Shown here: positions 8,901-20,054 of the stretch, in pieces | How positions within the stretch are numbered: position 1 is the first letter of the stretch | Layout of the letters: the number at the start of each line of letters is the position of its first letter | NCBI GenBank assembly: GCA_041687695.1 | Contig: JAWLBL010000004.1 | Location: forward strand, 32,001 to 96,000 | Origin: Myxococcota bacterium | GTDB taxonomy: Bacteria > Myxococcota_A > UBA9042 > PHBI01 > JAWLBL01 | Direction: 5' to 3' | DNA length: 64,000 nt | The notes under the pieces: model-generated | The model's input: only the letters and a program-made list of their open reading frames with translations | Told to the model about the DNA's origin: nothing | The model's database searches: none | Translations under genes and position numbers: made by a program

Positions 8901-11304
8901 CGTCCACCCGGCTGCCACCGACCCCCTCCACGGCGACGCCGACCGCGACTGCGACGGCGCCCCCGGCAGCGCCTGGCGCACCGTCTCCGTCGCCCCCGAC
9001 GGCAGCGCCCTGGACGCCGTGGCCGCCGCCGCCGCCTGCCCCGCCGTGGTCCCCGGCTTCATCGCCTCCTGCCAGGCCGGCTGCTATCCGACCGACGCCG
9101 CCTGCCACGCCGCCTGCGACGCGCGCGGCGCCCAGGGCCACCCCTGCGACGTGCGCCTCGCCGCCGCCGACTACCCGGTCGACGCCCCGCTCGTCGTCCC
9201 CCCGGGCGCCAGCGTCCGCGGCGCCGGCCGCTTTGCCACGTTCATCAGCGCCACGCCCCTCGCGACCACCGCCGTCGCCGTCCCCGCCATCCCCGCGCCC
9301 ATGTGGCTCTCCGATCTCACCATCCGCGGCCCCACCCTCGGGACCGCCGCGCGCTTCGTCGAGCGCGCTCCCGACAGCGTCGCCCTGGAGGTCGGCGGCG
9401 GCCCCGGCGGCGCCGACGGCTCGCATGCGTTGACCCTGCAGGACGTGGCCATCGTCGGCGGCCGCGGCGCCAGCGCCCCCCCGGCCGCGCGCCCGCTCAC
9501 CGACGGCCAATGCTCGTGCCTCGGCCTCACGTTCGGGCAGGCGGGCGGCCGGGCGAACTACGACCTCCTCGAGCCGCCCTACGCCCCAGCACGCGGCCAC
9601 GACGGCTGGGGCACCGGGCGGGGCGGCGGCCTCGGCGGCGGCGACAGCTACGGCGTGTGGGTGCGCGGCGGGCGGCTCAGCCTCGGCGCGAACACGACCA
9701 TCGCCGTCGGGCAGGGTGGGGCCGGTGCGCCCGGCGCCGTGGCCGTCTGCGCCGACGGGGCGACCACCTGCCTCGAGCCGGCGTGCTGCCCCTCGAACCC
9801 GTCGGGCAGCGGGCTCCCCTGGACCGGCGCCGGTGGCGCGGGCGGCAGCGCGGTGGGCGTCGCCCTGGCGCGCGGGCTCTCGCCCCCCGTCGGCTATCGC
9901 CCGAGCGTCGTCGACCTCGGCGCGGCCGCCGGGGGCGCCCCGGGCCAGGGCGCGTGCCTGGGCGCGACCTGCTCGCCGGCCGGCGAGCCGGGGCTCGTCT
10001 TCGACGCCTTCCGGTCGACGGTGCTCGCTCGAAACCACTGCGGTGTGCGGTTCGGCGATCCCGACGGGTGGCTCGACGGAGAGCACTCCATCTGCACGCG
10101 CTCGCTCGGCGCCGACCCCCACGGACCGGGTGACCTCGCGTTCACCGACGCGCGGGCGGTCTGTCACAGCGTCGGCGCCCAGCTCGGCTCGACGATCTGG
10201 CCCGAGACGCCCTCCTACGCGCGCTACGGCCTGCACCAGCCCTTCTGGATCGACTGGTACCTCGACTCGCTCTTCGGGGTCCCCGAGACCCTCGGCGCGC
10301 CCATCGTCACCCACTGGTCGACGTCGGTCAGCCCCAACCCGCGCCCGGCCGAGGACGAGGACTGCGTCGCGATGCAGCACCGGCCGTGGACCGAGCCGCC
10401 ATCCCAGATCTGGTTCGACCATCGCTGCAGCGCTTCCCGCTCCTTCGTCTGCGAGCGCCCCCACACGCCGTGCTCGTCGTGCGCGTCGGACGAGACCTGC
10501 GCGACGCTCGTCACGGGCGAGCTCGTCGCGCCCGCCCCCTGCGTCGGACAGACCTGCGGGTGTGTCGGGCCGGTCCCCGCCTTGATGGACCCGGCGAGCC
10601 TCCGCTACGGCCACCTCGGGTTCGGGGACGGCCGTGTCTACGGCTACTTCCCGACGGGCCGCAGCTGGGAGCTGGCCCGCGCGACCTGCGACGCCTGGGG
10701 GGGGCACCTGGTCTCGCTCCCCACCGCCGAGGTGGTGCAGGCCTTCGGCGACATGCTGGCCGAGGCCTGGCCCTCCGGATCGACGCTCGAGATGTGGACG
10801 GGGCTCAACGACCGCGGGTCCGAGGGCTATCGGGTGTGGGACGGGGTCGGGCCGCATCAGGCGTCCTCGGGCGAGCCGTGGATCGACGGCGAGCCGGACA
10901 ACTTCGTCGAGCCCATCTGCGGGCGCATGATGGAGCCCCCCGAGCCCGGACCCTACGCGCACATCGGGCGCAGCGTGGCTGACCTCGCGTGCCAGAAGGG
11001 CGTCGCGAAGACGGTGTGCCGCGAACCCTACGTCTGGTGTCCGCCCTCGCGCCGCGGCGCCGCGTGTGAGCTCTGTGCCGAGGGCTTCGCGGCGGACGCG
11101 ACCGGGGCGTGCCGAGCGGTCTGCGGGCCTGGCGCGTGCGCCTACGGCACGTGCAGCGACTGCCTCGCGCGGGGCGACTGCGCGACGGCGCCGGACATCG
11201 CGTGCGCGTGTCCGGCCGGGCGGACCGGGGCGCAGTGCGAGCGGTGCGAGCCGGGACTCGAGGACGACGACCACGACGGCGTCTGCGCCGCGGCCGGACC
11301 GTAG
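5968..11304 (+). CDS. Giant Cys-rich lipoprotein: NxCGG repeats, MopE-related metal-binding-motif repeats, Gly-rich region, two C-type-lectin-like domains, EGF-like tail (~1778 aa)
   Basis: [10 protein letters not shown]; lipobox LAG-C. Nine N(A/P/G)CGGx repeats; repeated [26 protein letters not shown]. CTLD motifs DARAVC..FWID..WFDHRC..FVCE and [31 protein letters not shown]-like [15 protein letters not shown]. Confidence 0.85.
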   Translation: MGRTLRGVVVCGALALGAVGLAGCGEAAGGPSPELPDIEEIASWDKIQPNGCGGVTPLWTEGGDVARPGEPCGACDGVLVCAGEDAVACAGARPANACGGCDALAGAPGGSCGHCGGTWECADGALVCSDPRPTNPCGGCEDLGGDRPGVMCLSGEVPGVQRCVGLDAIACVPFGTNGCGGAEALDAAPGTFCGACKLGVWICDGADALVCHAADKGLNPCGGCGALEGDPGAGCGPCGGTWQCAAAGGAVTCDAPPLNACGGCASLAGAPGAPCPGGVWACSGAEAVQCVPPGGNACGGESVLASTPGAACGPCSDGVRICATTESTACVGASSLNACGGCGFLPGVAGEACAPSGVWACKGGELECAFDATANPCGGSQALAQAPGMPCGLCDGGVWTCNGFESVVCAGGQPQDYHAWPDADGDGFGDAGAAPEVQCELADGFVRNGDDCDDAPGPGAAVHPDADEVCDGVDNDCDGHTDPAWSQGVLVSYRDKDGDGFGLETSPVWACAAPAGFVATPGDCDDGDPAFYPGAPGEACDDPNDYDCDGATLWVDADGDGSPSCGGTVDCDDADPAVHPGAVELCNGVDDDCDGLTDEASAADVQAFYRDLDGDGHGDPDHLTWACAAPPGFVDVAGDCDDDPATGAAAHPGALEVCDGVDNDCNGQTDLDTPIALKPVWYRDADGDGFGAQHDYAVTCDRPDGFVARGGFTDDTTDRFDCAPLDPAVHPNSPSAPPGTPLVVELCDFIDNDCDGHTDMGPWLGDAWAPWPAAAAPPALWMPDRDADGYGDPAQPIVGCHPAAPGAAPFHPALGFPFVPYGAAPADHDCNDLNPKVHPGAKELPGDGIDQDCDGREACYVDADGDGAVGDFSLTVLIDGLDCAPAGLMTGVAAAGAPWDCDDGDPTVHPGAFEVWGDEKESDCDGVEVCFADADQDGFRSADTSRFVLSANASCGDRHLGEAAAAQAPIDCNDADPSVHPAATDPLHGDADRDCDGAPGSAWRTVSVAPDGSALDAVAAAAACPAVVPGFIASCQAGCYPTDAACHAACDARGAQGHPCDVRLAAADYPVDAPLVVPPGASVRGAGRFATFISATPLATTAVAVPAIPAPMWLSDLTIRGPTLGTAARFVERAPDSVALEVGGGPGGADGSHALTLQDVAIVGGRGASAPPAARPLTDGQCSCLGLTFGQAGGRANYDLLEPPYAPARGHDGWGTGRGGGLGGGDSYGVWVRGGRLSLGANTTIAVGQGGAGAPGAVAVCADGATTCLEPACCPSNPSGSGLPWTGAGGAGGSAVGVALARGLSPPVGYRPSVVDLGAAAGGAPGQGACLGATCSPAGEPGLVFDAFRSTVLARNHCGVRFGDPDGWLDGEHSICTRSLGADPHGPGDLAFTDARAVCHSVGAQLGSTIWPETPSYARYGLHQPFWIDWYLDSLFGVPETLGAPIVTHWSTSVSPNPRPAEDEDCVAMQHRPWTEPPSQIWFDHRCSASRSFVCERPHTPCSSCASDETCATLVTGELVAPAPCVGQTCGCVGPVPALMDPASLRYGHLGFGDGRVYGYFPTGRSWELARATCDAWGGHLVSLPTAEVVQAFGDMLAEAWPSGSTLEMWTGLNDRGSEGYRVWDGVGPHQASSGEPWIDGEPDNFVEPICGRMMEPPEPGPYAHIGRSVADLACQKGVAKTVCREPYVWCPPSRRGAACELCAEGFAADATGACRAVCGPGACAYGTCSDCLARGDCATAPDIACACPAGRTGAQCERCEPGLEDDDHDGVCAAAGP

Positions 11305-11317
11305 GGAGGGGGGAGCG

Positions 11318-14300
11318 ATGACGACGAAGGACGGAGCGCGCCTGGGTCGGGCCCTGGCGCTGGTCATCACGGCGGCGGCCTGGCCGGGGCTCGGGTGCGG
11401 CGACGACACGCCCGAGGACAGCCCCGCGGCGGTCGACAGCGACGGCGACGGCGTGAGCGACGCCGACGAGCTGGGCCTCGGGACGGACCCCTACAAGATG
11501 GACACGGACGGCGATGGCCGGGGCGACGGTGAAGAGCGCGCCACCGGGACCGACCCGCTGGACCCGGACACCGACGGCGACGGGCTCTACGACGGCTACG
11601 AGGTCGCCATCGGGACCGACCCGCTGAAGGCCGACACGGACGGCGACGGGCACCCCGACGGCCTCGAGGTCGCGCAGGGGACCGACCCGAAGGACCCGAG
11701 CGACCCGCCGCCTGCGGTCGCCGAGGAGCCGGTGGACGCGCTCGACAGCGACGAGGACGGGCTGCCCGACGCGCTGGAGCTGCTCATCGGGACCGACCCG
11801 TACGCCTGGGACAGCGACGGCGACGGGCTGGGCGACGGCGACGAGGTGCTGATCCACGGGTCGGACCCGCTGAGCGAGGACGGCGACGGCGACGGCCTGA
11901 CCGACCCGGAGGAGGTGCTGCCGCGGACGGTGGGCGACGAGGAGCTGCCACCTCTCGGGACCGATCCGATGAACGCGGACACCGACGGCGACGGGCTGTC
12001 GGACTTCGACGAGCTGACGCGCTTCGGGTCCGACCCGCTGAGCCCGGACAGCGACGGCGACGGGCTCGGCGACGCGCTCGAGGCCGCGCGCGGGACCAAC
12101 CCCCTCGCGGCCGACACCGACGGGGGCGGACTGACCGACTGGCAGGAGATCTACGAGACCTTCACCGACCCGCTCAGCGCCGACACCGACGGCGACGGGC
12201 TGGCCGACCACTTCGAGGCCAAGGTCCTCGGGACGGACCCGCGCCTCGCGGACACCGACGGCGACGGCCTGACCGACGCCGCAGAGCTGAGCTTGGGGAC
12301 CGACCCCATGAACGTCGACACCGACGGCGACGGGCTGTCCGACGGCCACGAGGTGGCCATCGGGACGTCGCCGCTCCAGGCCGGCACCGACGGCGACGGG
12401 CTCTCGGACGGCGACGAGGTCGCCCTCGGCACCGACCCGCGAGACCCGGACACGGACGGCGACGGGCTGCTCGACGGCGACGAGGTCCACGGCGCGTTCC
12501 CGTCGGACCCGCTGAACCCGGACACCGACGGCGACGGCCTGGGCGACGCGATCGAGGTCAGGGTCCACGGGACGAGCCCGTCGCTGGCGGACACGGACCT
12601 CGACGGCCTGGACGATGCGGTGGAGCTGGCGCTCGGGACCGACCCGCTGGTGCACGACTCGGACGCGGACCCGGACGGCGACGGGCTGACGACTGCCGAC
12701 GAGCTGGGGCTCGGGACGAACCCGCTGGTCGCCGACACCGACCGGGACGGGCTCTCGGACGGCGACGAGGTCGCCCTCGGGACGGGCCCGCTGAACCCGG
12801 ACACGGACGGGGACGGGCTGATGGACGGGCTCGAGGTGCGCGTGGGGTCGGACCCGCTCGGCCCGGACACCGACGGGGACGGGCTGCTGGACGGCGAGGA
12901 GCCGCGCGGGCTCGAGGACGTCGACGGCGACGGGCTCATCGGCCTCCTCGACCTCGACGCCGACGGCGACGGCGTCCCGGACGCCGAGGAGGCCGACCCC
13001 TTCGGGGACCTCGACGGCGACGGGCTGGCGAACGTGGTCGACGCGGACGCCGACGGGGACGGGATCCCCGACGGGGCGGAGCTGGCGCTGGGGCTCGACC
13101 CGCGGGACCCGGCGGATGGCGCGGCGGATCCCGACGGGGACGGGCTGACCAACCAGCAGGAGTACGTGCGCGGGACCGACCCGTGGAGCGCGGACTCCGA
13201 CGACGACGGCCTCTCGGACGGGATCGAGGTGGCGCTGGGGTTGAACCCGCTCGACCCCAAGGACGCCGCGAAGGACATGGACAACGACGGGCTGAGCAAC
13301 CTCTCCGAGGTGACGGTGCTGGGGACCGACCCGCGGAGGTGGGACACCGACGACGACGGCCTGTCCGACGGCGAGGAGTACGCGATCGTCGGGCTCGACG
13401 GCGCGCTGGCGGACCAGGACGGCGACGGCGTCCCGAACATCCTGGACCCGGACTCGGACGGGGACGGGCTGCTCGACGGCCAGGAGATCCGCCCGGGCGA
13501 GGACACCGACGGGGACGGGCTGATCAACCTGCTGGACTCGGACAGCGATGACGACGGCATCGGCGACGGCGAGGAGGTGGCGATGGGCACCGACCCCGTG
13601 CGCCTCGACGTGGCGGGCAAGGAGCTGTGTCAGGGCACGGCGGGCTGCCTGCCGGCGAGCGGGGATCTCGACGGCGACGGCCTGGACAACCTGGCCGAGC
13701 TGACGGGGTCGGCCTGCGGCGAGCAGAGGCACGTCACGAGCCCGTTCCTCGCGGACACCGATGGCGACGGCGTGCCGGACGGGGTCGAGTGCGCCCTCGG
13801 CATGAACCCGACGCGCAAGGACAGCGATCAGGACGGGATCCCGGACGGCGAGGAGCTGATCTTCGACGGGGAGACGTGGGTGGCGGTGACCGATCCGATC
13901 CACCCCGACACCGACCGCGACGGCGTCCCGGACGGGGTGGATCCGGACCCGACCTCGCGCGACGTCGACGGGGACGGCGTGTCCGATGGCGAGGAGCTGG
14001 TCGACGGCTGGAACGCGGTCATCCTGGAGGCGGCGGAGCTGGGCTGGGGCGCCGAGGGCGGCGAAGTGACCATCGCGCTGCCGTGGGGGAAGACGGCCGC
14101 GGACTTCGACTGGGTGACGGTCTCGGTCGAGGTGACGGCGGGCGCCGGGGCGGCGGCCATCGATCGCACGATCAATGGCGAGGGGCTCCCACAGGCGAGG
14201 CTCCGCGGGCAGGCCGGGCTGACCGGCGCCCGGTGGGTGACCAGCCCTCCGCGCCGCCCCAAGGGGGACTCGGTGACGTTCTCGGTGTCGCTCGTCGAGG

Positions 14301-17300
14301 CGAGCGCGACCGCCACGTTCGGGCGCGTCGTGCTCTCGGGATTCCCCGACGCGTGCGATCCCGAGGGCGTCACCTGCGGGCCGCCGCTGACGGGGCTCGG
14401 GACGTTCGCCACCGAGGCCGACAGCGACGGAGACGGGCTGTCCGACGGCGAGGAGCGGGCGCATGGCGCGGTGTGGCTCGAGGCCGAGCACATGCTGGCC
14501 GTGGCGCCCAGCCCCATGGGCGGCGAGGCGGGGGCCATCGGCGGCGTCTACATGGAGGTCTCGCCGGGCCGCTCGCTGTCGACCGGCAAGCACCCGTGGG
14601 GATCGCCGGCCTTCGCGATGCAGGAGCAGGTCTGGTCGGTCTTCGTGCGGAAGAAGTACGGGCCCTGCGGCGACTGGATCGTCGTCGACACCGACCCGGT
14701 GGCGTGCGAATCGCACGAGAAGTGCCCTCAGGGCGACTGCGTGGACGGGGCCTGCGAGGGCAACTCGGGCTACCAGCTCGGGCTGTCGACCGACTGGGAG
14801 TGGACCTACGGCGGCACCTACGTAGTCCCGGCGGGGAGCCGGTTCGACGTCGCCTTCAAGCCGCTGGGTTGCGGCGCCGGGGGCGGGGTGCGGGTCGACA
14901 AGCTCGTGTTCGTCCCCATCCGGTTCGCGCCGTCGTCCTACGCCTACACCTATGACGGCATCCCGAACGTCTCGGACTACCTGCACGCGGCGGGCTCCGA
15001 GGAGGACGTCCTCTACATGGTCGAGGCCCTGCCCTGGGGGCTCTCCGATCCCATGGAGGCCGACACCGACGGCGACGGCTACCGTGAGGCCGACGGCAAG
15101 GCGCCCGGCTCGACGGGGTGGCTGACCGACGGGTTCGAGCGCAAGAAGGTCCGCACCAACCCGTTCGACGTGGACTCGGACGGAGACGCCCGCCTGAAGA
15201 AGGGCAGCACCCAGGTCTACCACGACGGCAAGTGGCGCACGCCCTGGTACACGGACGTCGAGATAGACCAGGCGCTGGCCGACGCGAAGGACGCGAGCCC
15301 GCGCCCCATCGACTTCGACCGGGACGGGCTCATCGACGACCTCGAGATCGTCGCGCAGCTCATCCACCACTGCCAGGACCCGCTGAGCGATTGCAGCATG
15401 GTGGATCTGGGTGAGCCCGACGAGACCGTGCTGATGGGGCTCACCGGCTGCGTCATCGTCGCGCAGTCGCCGGAGGACGCCCTGTGCTGGTTCGCCGACG
15501 ACGACCGCGACGACGACGGCCTCGTGGACGGGCAGGAGGACAAGAACAGGAACGGCGTGGTCGACGAGGGCGAGACCGATCCCGGCAGCGCCGACACCGA
15601 CGGCGACTGCATCCCCGACGGGGTCGAGTTTGGCCTCGTCTGTCCCGAAGGGCGGCACACGCTCGTCCGCAAGGCGCCGGCGGCGGACAGCGGCGGGATC
15701 GTGACCCTGCCCGGCTGCGAGGGACAGTGGTTCGGGCTCGCGGACGCCGGGTTCGTCCCGGACGTCGACCCGTCGACGACGACGGACCCGACCCTCGTCG
15801 ACAGCGACGGCGACGGGCTCGCGGACGGCGGACCGGTCGGCGAGGACACGAGCTGTGACGGCCTGTGGGACGGCGTCGAGACCGACGCTACGCGCGCCGA
15901 CACCGATGGCGACCTCCTGTGGGACGGCGACGAGTCGGCGAGGGGGACGGACCCCCTCGACCCCGACACGGACGAGGACGGGCTGCTCGACGGCGTCGAG
16001 GTCCACCACTACCGGTGCGACCCGACCCTCGTCGACACCGACGGCGACGGCCTCTCGGACTACGAGGAGGTCTATGGCGTCACCGGGCCGATCACCCGGC
16101 CGGACCTCTTCGACACCGACGACGACGGGATGGGAGACGGCGACGAGGTGTTCGGGACGGGGCCGCTGGCGCTGTGCGAGTGGCGCGAAGTGTGCGGCGT
16201 GAGCGGCGCGTGCCAGAGCGCGGCCGTGTGCTCGTTCCAGCCGACCAACCCGACCCACCCGGACAGCGACGGCGACGGGATCGAGGACGGCCAGGAGGTC
16301 CTGGTGCTCGCAGGCGAGCCGCCGCTCGTCCCGCTCCAGCGGACCAACCCCATGCGCCGCGACACCGACGGCGACGGACTCAGCGACGACGAGGAGCGGC
16401 ACGGCACGGGCCCGCTGGCGAAGTGGGGCCCGACCGACCCCACCGACCCCGACACGGACGGCGACGGCTTCCCCGACGAGCTCGAGGTGGCGAGCGGATC
16501 GAACCCGCGTGATGCGGCTTCGGTGCCCACCGAGCTGGTCATCACCCAGGGCGGCGTGCGCGTGAGCCCGCCGGTCCCCGACGCCAGCGCGGGAGCGTCG
16601 CCGTCGCCGTGGACGCGCGTCTCGTGCGTCGCCACGCCGTCCCACCCTGACTGCGCCTCGCAGCCGCTGGGGGTCGACGTCATCACGACCACCGTCACCG
16701 AGGGGCAGCGCGTCCTGCTCGGCTGCCAGGGGCAGCCCGACACCGCGGAGCTTCGCCCGAGCGGCGACGCCGCCATGGTCCGCATCGTCCGGCAGGGGGC
16801 CGCGCTGACCATCACCGCCCACGGCGCCCTGTGGCTCCACGGCCCCGACCCCGAGTCCAGCGAGGACGATCTCTGGCTGTGGACCGGGGCGTCGACCATC
16901 GACGCGGACCGCAGCGCGCGCCCTGGCCCAGACGTCGTGGTCGCGCCGGCCATCGCGCTGTCCTCGGGGGACGTCACCCTGTCGTTCAGCCCGCCGGCGT
17001 GCTGGAACGACGGCGACTGCCCGGGGACGCCGTGCGTCAAGGCGCAGCCTGGGGTCGAGGGCGCTTGCGAAGGCACCGCTGCGCCCGACGCGCTGCGCCT
17101 GTGCGACGGCGCGGTCCTCGACCGCTCGGCGACCGTCACGGTCAGCGGGGCGGACGGCGCAGCGGACGTCGCCCTCCGCCCGGCGGACCTCGTCTGGTCC
17201 CATCGCAACGCCGACCTCGCCCTCGGCGACGCCATGGTCGTCCAGGACTTCGCGCCCGAGGAGCTGGTCCCCCCGGGCAAGCCCGACGTCTGCTGGAAGC

Positions 17301-19570
17301 CGCCGAGCCCGCAGCGCGTGCGCTACTTCTGGGAGGGCGACCGCTCGCTCGCCGTGCCCGAGTCCGGCGCGCCGAGCCTGCAGGGGCCCGGCGCCATGTC
17401 GGCCTCGCCCAGCATCGACTGCCCGGACGGCGCGTGTCCCGACTTCGATCCCAACGCCAACCTGCCACGCGCCACCCTGACCTCCCTCGGCGCCAACATG
17501 AGCTGGAGCGCGGGGTCTCCCACCGCCAGCTTCGATCTCCCGAACCCGTACAACATGGCCCTCGGTTTCCTCGGCGAACATGGCCGCATCCGCTTCAAGA
17601 ACGGCGAGTGCCAGTGGAACATCCCGGCCCACCGCTACACCTGCATCGTCGACTACGACAAGCGCAAGGCCGGCAAGCTGCAGTACTCCATCCACGCGCG
17701 GATGGACTACGACATCCGCGGCGTCCTGGACTTCGAGACCGTCCCCCAGCACGTCTTCGACGCCGAGTCGTTCCCCGGACTGCCCAGCCCGGACGGCAAG
17801 CCCCTCACGTTCGCGGATCTGCCGAACCCCACAGGCTTCGACTGCGGCGCCCATCTCGCCGGCCACCCCTCCATCAACCCGGTGGACCACACCTTGTGCG
17901 ACAACGGCGAGATCAAGATGGTCGGCCAGCTCGTCATCCCCATCCCCAAGGCCCCGATGGTCGACGCCATCGTCGACGGCGTCCTCGTCGTCGACCACTC
18001 GCCGACCGGCCACGGCGGCGTCTTCATGGGGCTCTTCGGCACGCTCTCGTTCGACTACGAGGACCCGCGCCTGAACGACAACGGCTTCGTCGACGACGTC
18101 CCGGTCCGCTGGCAGGTCGGCGAGTCGACGATGACCATGCTCTTCGATGCGCAGAACGAGCCCATCGCGCTCGTCGGCGCCACCACCGAGGGCGTCCGCA
18201 TCGCCGACCAGGTCGACCTCGGCAAGATCCCCAACTCGGTCGTGTCTCTCATCCAGAAGGACCAGAGCCAGGTCAACTTCTGCTACCACCTCCCGTCCGG
18301 GCGCCTCCAGACCGCCGCGCGCATGCAGCTCGCCGGCTTCGACGCCGATCTCGCCCTGCAGCTCGACCCGCCCGGGACCGACGACACCTCCGGCGAGCTC
18401 GACTGGAGCAAGGGAGGCCTCCAGGCCGTCGGCCGCCTGAAGCTGCCCAAGCCCTTCGAGGTCGACTGGTTCGACGCCGACGCCGAGCGCCTGCGCGTCG
18501 CCGGCCTCATCGGCTTCGACGGCGAGTTCCTCTTCAAGGCGACCTTCGACGGGGCCATCCCCGTGCCGGGCTTCGCGCCGTTCTCGCTCGGCGGCCCGAA
18601 GATGGCCCTCACCCTGTCGAACTCCGGCGCCCGCGTCGACGGCGACGTCACCCTGCCCGGCGGCCTCGGCACCCTCGCAGCCAAGGGCACCATCGAGGCC
18701 AACGGCCAGTTCGCCCTCGACGTCGCGGGCGCCCTCGCCGCCGGCCCCTTCGAGCTGCTCAACGTCACCGGGACCTTCACGAGCCACGACGGCATGGCCC
18801 TCACCGCGCAGATGAACGTCCCCATCCTGCCCGAGCCCATCGTCATGAAGGGCAAGGTGCGCTCGGCGACCGACTGGGAGCTCACGGGCAAGGCGGCGCT
18901 CACCCTCCCCATCGGCGGCGGCACCAAGCTCGCGGGCCTCACCGCGACCCTCAGCCCCTCCGGCCTCGTGCTCTCGGGCGCCCTCGCGATCCCCGGCTTC
19001 GCTGCCATCGCCGTCGAGGGTGGCGTCGTCGCCTCCCCCGACGGCTCGGGCGAGCTGACCCTCTCGGGCGCCCTCAACCTCTCCATCGGCAAGCTGACCC
19101 TCGCCGGCGGCGCCATCGGCTTCGGCCTGAAGTGCCCCGCGGGGGCCTCGCCCCAGGACTGCGCTCCGTCCATCACCGCCTCGGGCACCATCGGCATCGG
19201 CAACTTCAAGATGGCCGGCGTCGCCTTGCACATCCAGACCAACGGCGACGTCGACGCCTCGGGCACGGTGAAGTTCGCCGGGCAGACCTTCGGCAACGCC
19301 AAGATCTGGCGCAAGGGCGGCAGCCTCGGCGTCTCGGCCTCGAAGGGCGTGAGCGGCTGCGTGACCGAGGTCTGCGTCAAGGGCCAGATCGACGTCGGCT
19401 ACAGCGGCGGCTCGGTGGTCGCCACGTTCTCGGGCAGCGGCTACAGCGTCGAGGTGAGCTCGTCGGGCAAGATCGAGATCGACGTCGAGGTCAAATACAA
19501 GAAGTGGACCAGCCCCATCGACTGGATCTGGAAGTGGAAGACCATCACCGTCACCGTGCCGCTCGGCTGA
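11318..19570 (+). CDS. Giant acidic lipoprotein with about 50 DxDGDGLxDGxE (thrombospondin-3-like Ca-binding) repeats, CBM-like inserts and a long beta-rich C-terminal region (~2750 aa)
   Basis: ATG 13 bp after the previous stop, with [14 protein letters not shown]. Signal peptide ending GLG-C. About 50 repeats counted by eye. xLEAE..VDKL modules; Gly/hydrophobic beta-strand C-terminus. Confidence 0.85.
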   Translation: MTTKDGARLGRALALVITAAAWPGLGCGDDTPEDSPAAVDSDGDGVSDADELGLGTDPYKMDTDGDGRGDGEERATGTDPLDPDTDGDGLYDGYEVAIGTDPLKADTDGDGHPDGLEVAQGTDPKDPSDPPPAVAEEPVDALDSDEDGLPDALELLIGTDPYAWDSDGDGLGDGDEVLIHGSDPLSEDGDGDGLTDPEEVLPRTVGDEELPPLGTDPMNADTDGDGLSDFDELTRFGSDPLSPDSDGDGLGDALEAARGTNPLAADTDGGGLTDWQEIYETFTDPLSADTDGDGLADHFEAKVLGTDPRLADTDGDGLTDAAELSLGTDPMNVDTDGDGLSDGHEVAIGTSPLQAGTDGDGLSDGDEVALGTDPRDPDTDGDGLLDGDEVHGAFPSDPLNPDTDGDGLGDAIEVRVHGTSPSLADTDLDGLDDAVELALGTDPLVHDSDADPDGDGLTTADELGLGTNPLVADTDRDGLSDGDEVALGTGPLNPDTDGDGLMDGLEVRVGSDPLGPDTDGDGLLDGEEPRGLEDVDGDGLIGLLDLDADGDGVPDAEEADPFGDLDGDGLANVVDADADGDGIPDGAELALGLDPRDPADGAADPDGDGLTNQQEYVRGTDPWSADSDDDGLSDGIEVALGLNPLDPKDAAKDMDNDGLSNLSEVTVLGTDPRRWDTDDDGLSDGEEYAIVGLDGALADQDGDGVPNILDPDSDGDGLLDGQEIRPGEDTDGDGLINLLDSDSDDDGIGDGEEVAMGTDPVRLDVAGKELCQGTAGCLPASGDLDGDGLDNLAELTGSACGEQRHVTSPFLADTDGDGVPDGVECALGMNPTRKDSDQDGIPDGEELIFDGETWVAVTDPIHPDTDRDGVPDGVDPDPTSRDVDGDGVSDGEELVDGWNAVILEAAELGWGAEGGEVTIALPWGKTAADFDWVTVSVEVTAGAGAAAIDRTINGEGLPQARLRGQAGLTGARWVTSPPRRPKGDSVTFSVSLVEASATATFGRVVLSGFPDACDPEGVTCGPPLTGLGTFATEADSDGDGLSDGEERAHGAVWLEAEHMLAVAPSPMGGEAGAIGGVYMEVSPGRSLSTGKHPWGSPAFAMQEQVWSVFVRKKYGPCGDWIVVDTDPVACESHEKCPQGDCVDGACEGNSGYQLGLSTDWEWTYGGTYVVPAGSRFDVAFKPLGCGAGGGVRVDKLVFVPIRFAPSSYAYTYDGIPNVSDYLHAAGSEEDVLYMVEALPWGLSDPMEADTDGDGYREADGKAPGSTGWLTDGFERKKVRTNPFDVDSDGDARLKKGSTQVYHDGKWRTPWYTDVEIDQALADAKDASPRPIDFDRDGLIDDLEIVAQLIHHCQDPLSDCSMVDLGEPDETVLMGLTGCVIVAQSPEDALCWFADDDRDDDGLVDGQEDKNRNGVVDEGETDPGSADTDGDCIPDGVEFGLVCPEGRHTLVRKAPAADSGGIVTLPGCEGQWFGLADAGFVPDVDPSTTTDPTLVDSDGDGLADGGPVGEDTSCDGLWDGVETDATRADTDGDLLWDGDESARGTDPLDPDTDEDGLLDGVEVHHYRCDPTLVDTDGDGLSDYEEVYGVTGPITRPDLFDTDDDGMGDGDEVFGTGPLALCEWREVCGVSGACQSAAVCSFQPTNPTHPDSDGDGIEDGQEVLVLAGEPPLVPLQRTNPMRRDTDGDGLSDDEERHGTGPLAKWGPTDPTDPDTDGDGFPDELEVASGSNPRDAASVPTELVITQGGVRVSPPVPDASAGASPSPWTRVSCVATPSHPDCASQPLGVDVITTTVTEGQRVLLGCQGQPDTAELRPSGDAAMVRIVRQGAALTITAHGALWLHGPDPESSEDDLWLWTGASTIDADRSARPGPDVVVAPAIALSSGDVTLSFSPPACWNDGDCPGTPCVKAQPGVEGACEGTAAPDALRLCDGAVLDRSATVTVSGADGAADVALRPADLVWSHRNADLALGDAMVVQDFAPEELVPPGKPDVCWKPPSPQRVRYFWEGDRSLAVPESGAPSLQGPGAMSASPSIDCPDGACPDFDPNANLPRATLTSLGANMSWSAGSPTASFDLPNPYNMALGFLGEHGRIRFKNGECQWNIPAHRYTCIVDYDKRKAGKLQYSIHARMDYDIRGVLDFETVPQHVFDAESFPGLPSPDGKPLTFADLPNPTGFDCGAHLAGHPSINPVDHTLCDNGEIKMVGQLVIPIPKAPMVDAIVDGVLVVDHSPTGHGGVFMGLFGTLSFDYEDPRLNDNGFVDDVPVRWQVGESTMTMLFDAQNEPIALVGATTEGVRIADQVDLGKIPNSVVSLIQKDQSQVNFCYHLPSGRLQTAARMQLAGFDADLALQLDPPGTDDTSGELDWSKGGLQAVGRLKLPKPFEVDWFDADAERLRVAGLIGFDGEFLFKATFDGAIPVPGFAPFSLGGPKMALTLSNSGARVDGDVTLPGGLGTLAAKGTIEANGQFALDVAGALAAGPFELLNVTGTFTSHDGMALTAQMNVPILPEPIVMKGKVRSATDWELTGKAALTLPIGGGTKLAGLTATLSPSGLVLSGALAIPGFAAIAVEGGVVASPDGSGELTLSGALNLSIGKLTLAGGAIGFGLKCPAGASPQDCAPSITASGTIGIGNFKMAGVALHIQTNGDVDASGTVKFAGQTFGNAKIWRKGGSLGVSASKGVSGCVTEVCVKGQIDVGYSGGSVVATFSGSGYSVEVSSSGKIEIDVEVKYKKWTSPIDWIWKWKTITVTVPLG

Positions 19571-19599
19571 CCGCCGTACACCCGCACGCCGCCGTCGTC

Positions 19600-20010
19600 G
19601 TCGCGGGTCGGCTCGAGCAGGCGGTCTCCCTCCACGCGAGCGGCGAAGCGGTCGTCGTGGAGGTGCACGGCGTCGATGACTGCGCCGTCACGGCCGAGCG
19701 GACCATCCTCTGTTGGGACGCAACGGACCCCGCGCAGGCCGGGCCGAGCGCCGACGCGGACGCGACCGTCGACGCGCTCTCGCCCGTCGCCATCAGCGGC
19801 CCGGTGGCCGCCGCGATGGACGCGGGCGCCAACCACACCTACGCCGTCGGCAGCGAGGGCCAGGTCTGGTGCCGGGGCGCGATGGCGGCCCTCGGCGCCG
19901 AGGCCGCGACGACGCCCTACATCCCGATCCCGCTCACCGGCCTCGAGGCGACGTGCGCCCCTTCCCGGGCGGCGGCGAGGGCGTCTGCGGGTTCGAGCAG
20001 CCCCCCCTGA
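19600..20010 (+). pseudogene. Degenerate RCC1-repeat-like fragment
   Basis: The frame ending at TGA 20010 reads CAVTAERTILCWD..DAGANHTYAVGSEGQVWCRG, i.e. decayed RCC1-type AGxxHTCA..GxVxCWG repeats. Only about 2 blades, no clear start or RBS. The start coordinate is approximate. Confidence 0.5.
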
Positions 20011-20015
20011 CCGCT

Positions 20016-20048
20016 GCGCGCGCGCGCTCGCCGATCGCGCGCGCGCGC
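20016..20048. terminator. GC hairpin between convergent genes, a possible terminator
   Basis: (GC)6-TCGCCGATC-(GC)6, with no U-tract. Confidence 0.3.
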
Positions 20049-20054
20049 CGCCCG

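Noticed and set aside
5968..11304. Multiheme cytochrome c
   Set aside because: Many CxxC pairs, but no CxxCH heme-binding motifs were seen. The pattern fits disulfide-rich repeats.
5683..19231. Very long minus-strand ORFs (5683-11409, 1908 aa; 10805-19231, 2808 aa)
   Set aside because: Antisense shadows of the two giant + strand genes. High GC suppresses stop codons, the translations have no motifs, and the + frames have RBS, signal peptides and domains.
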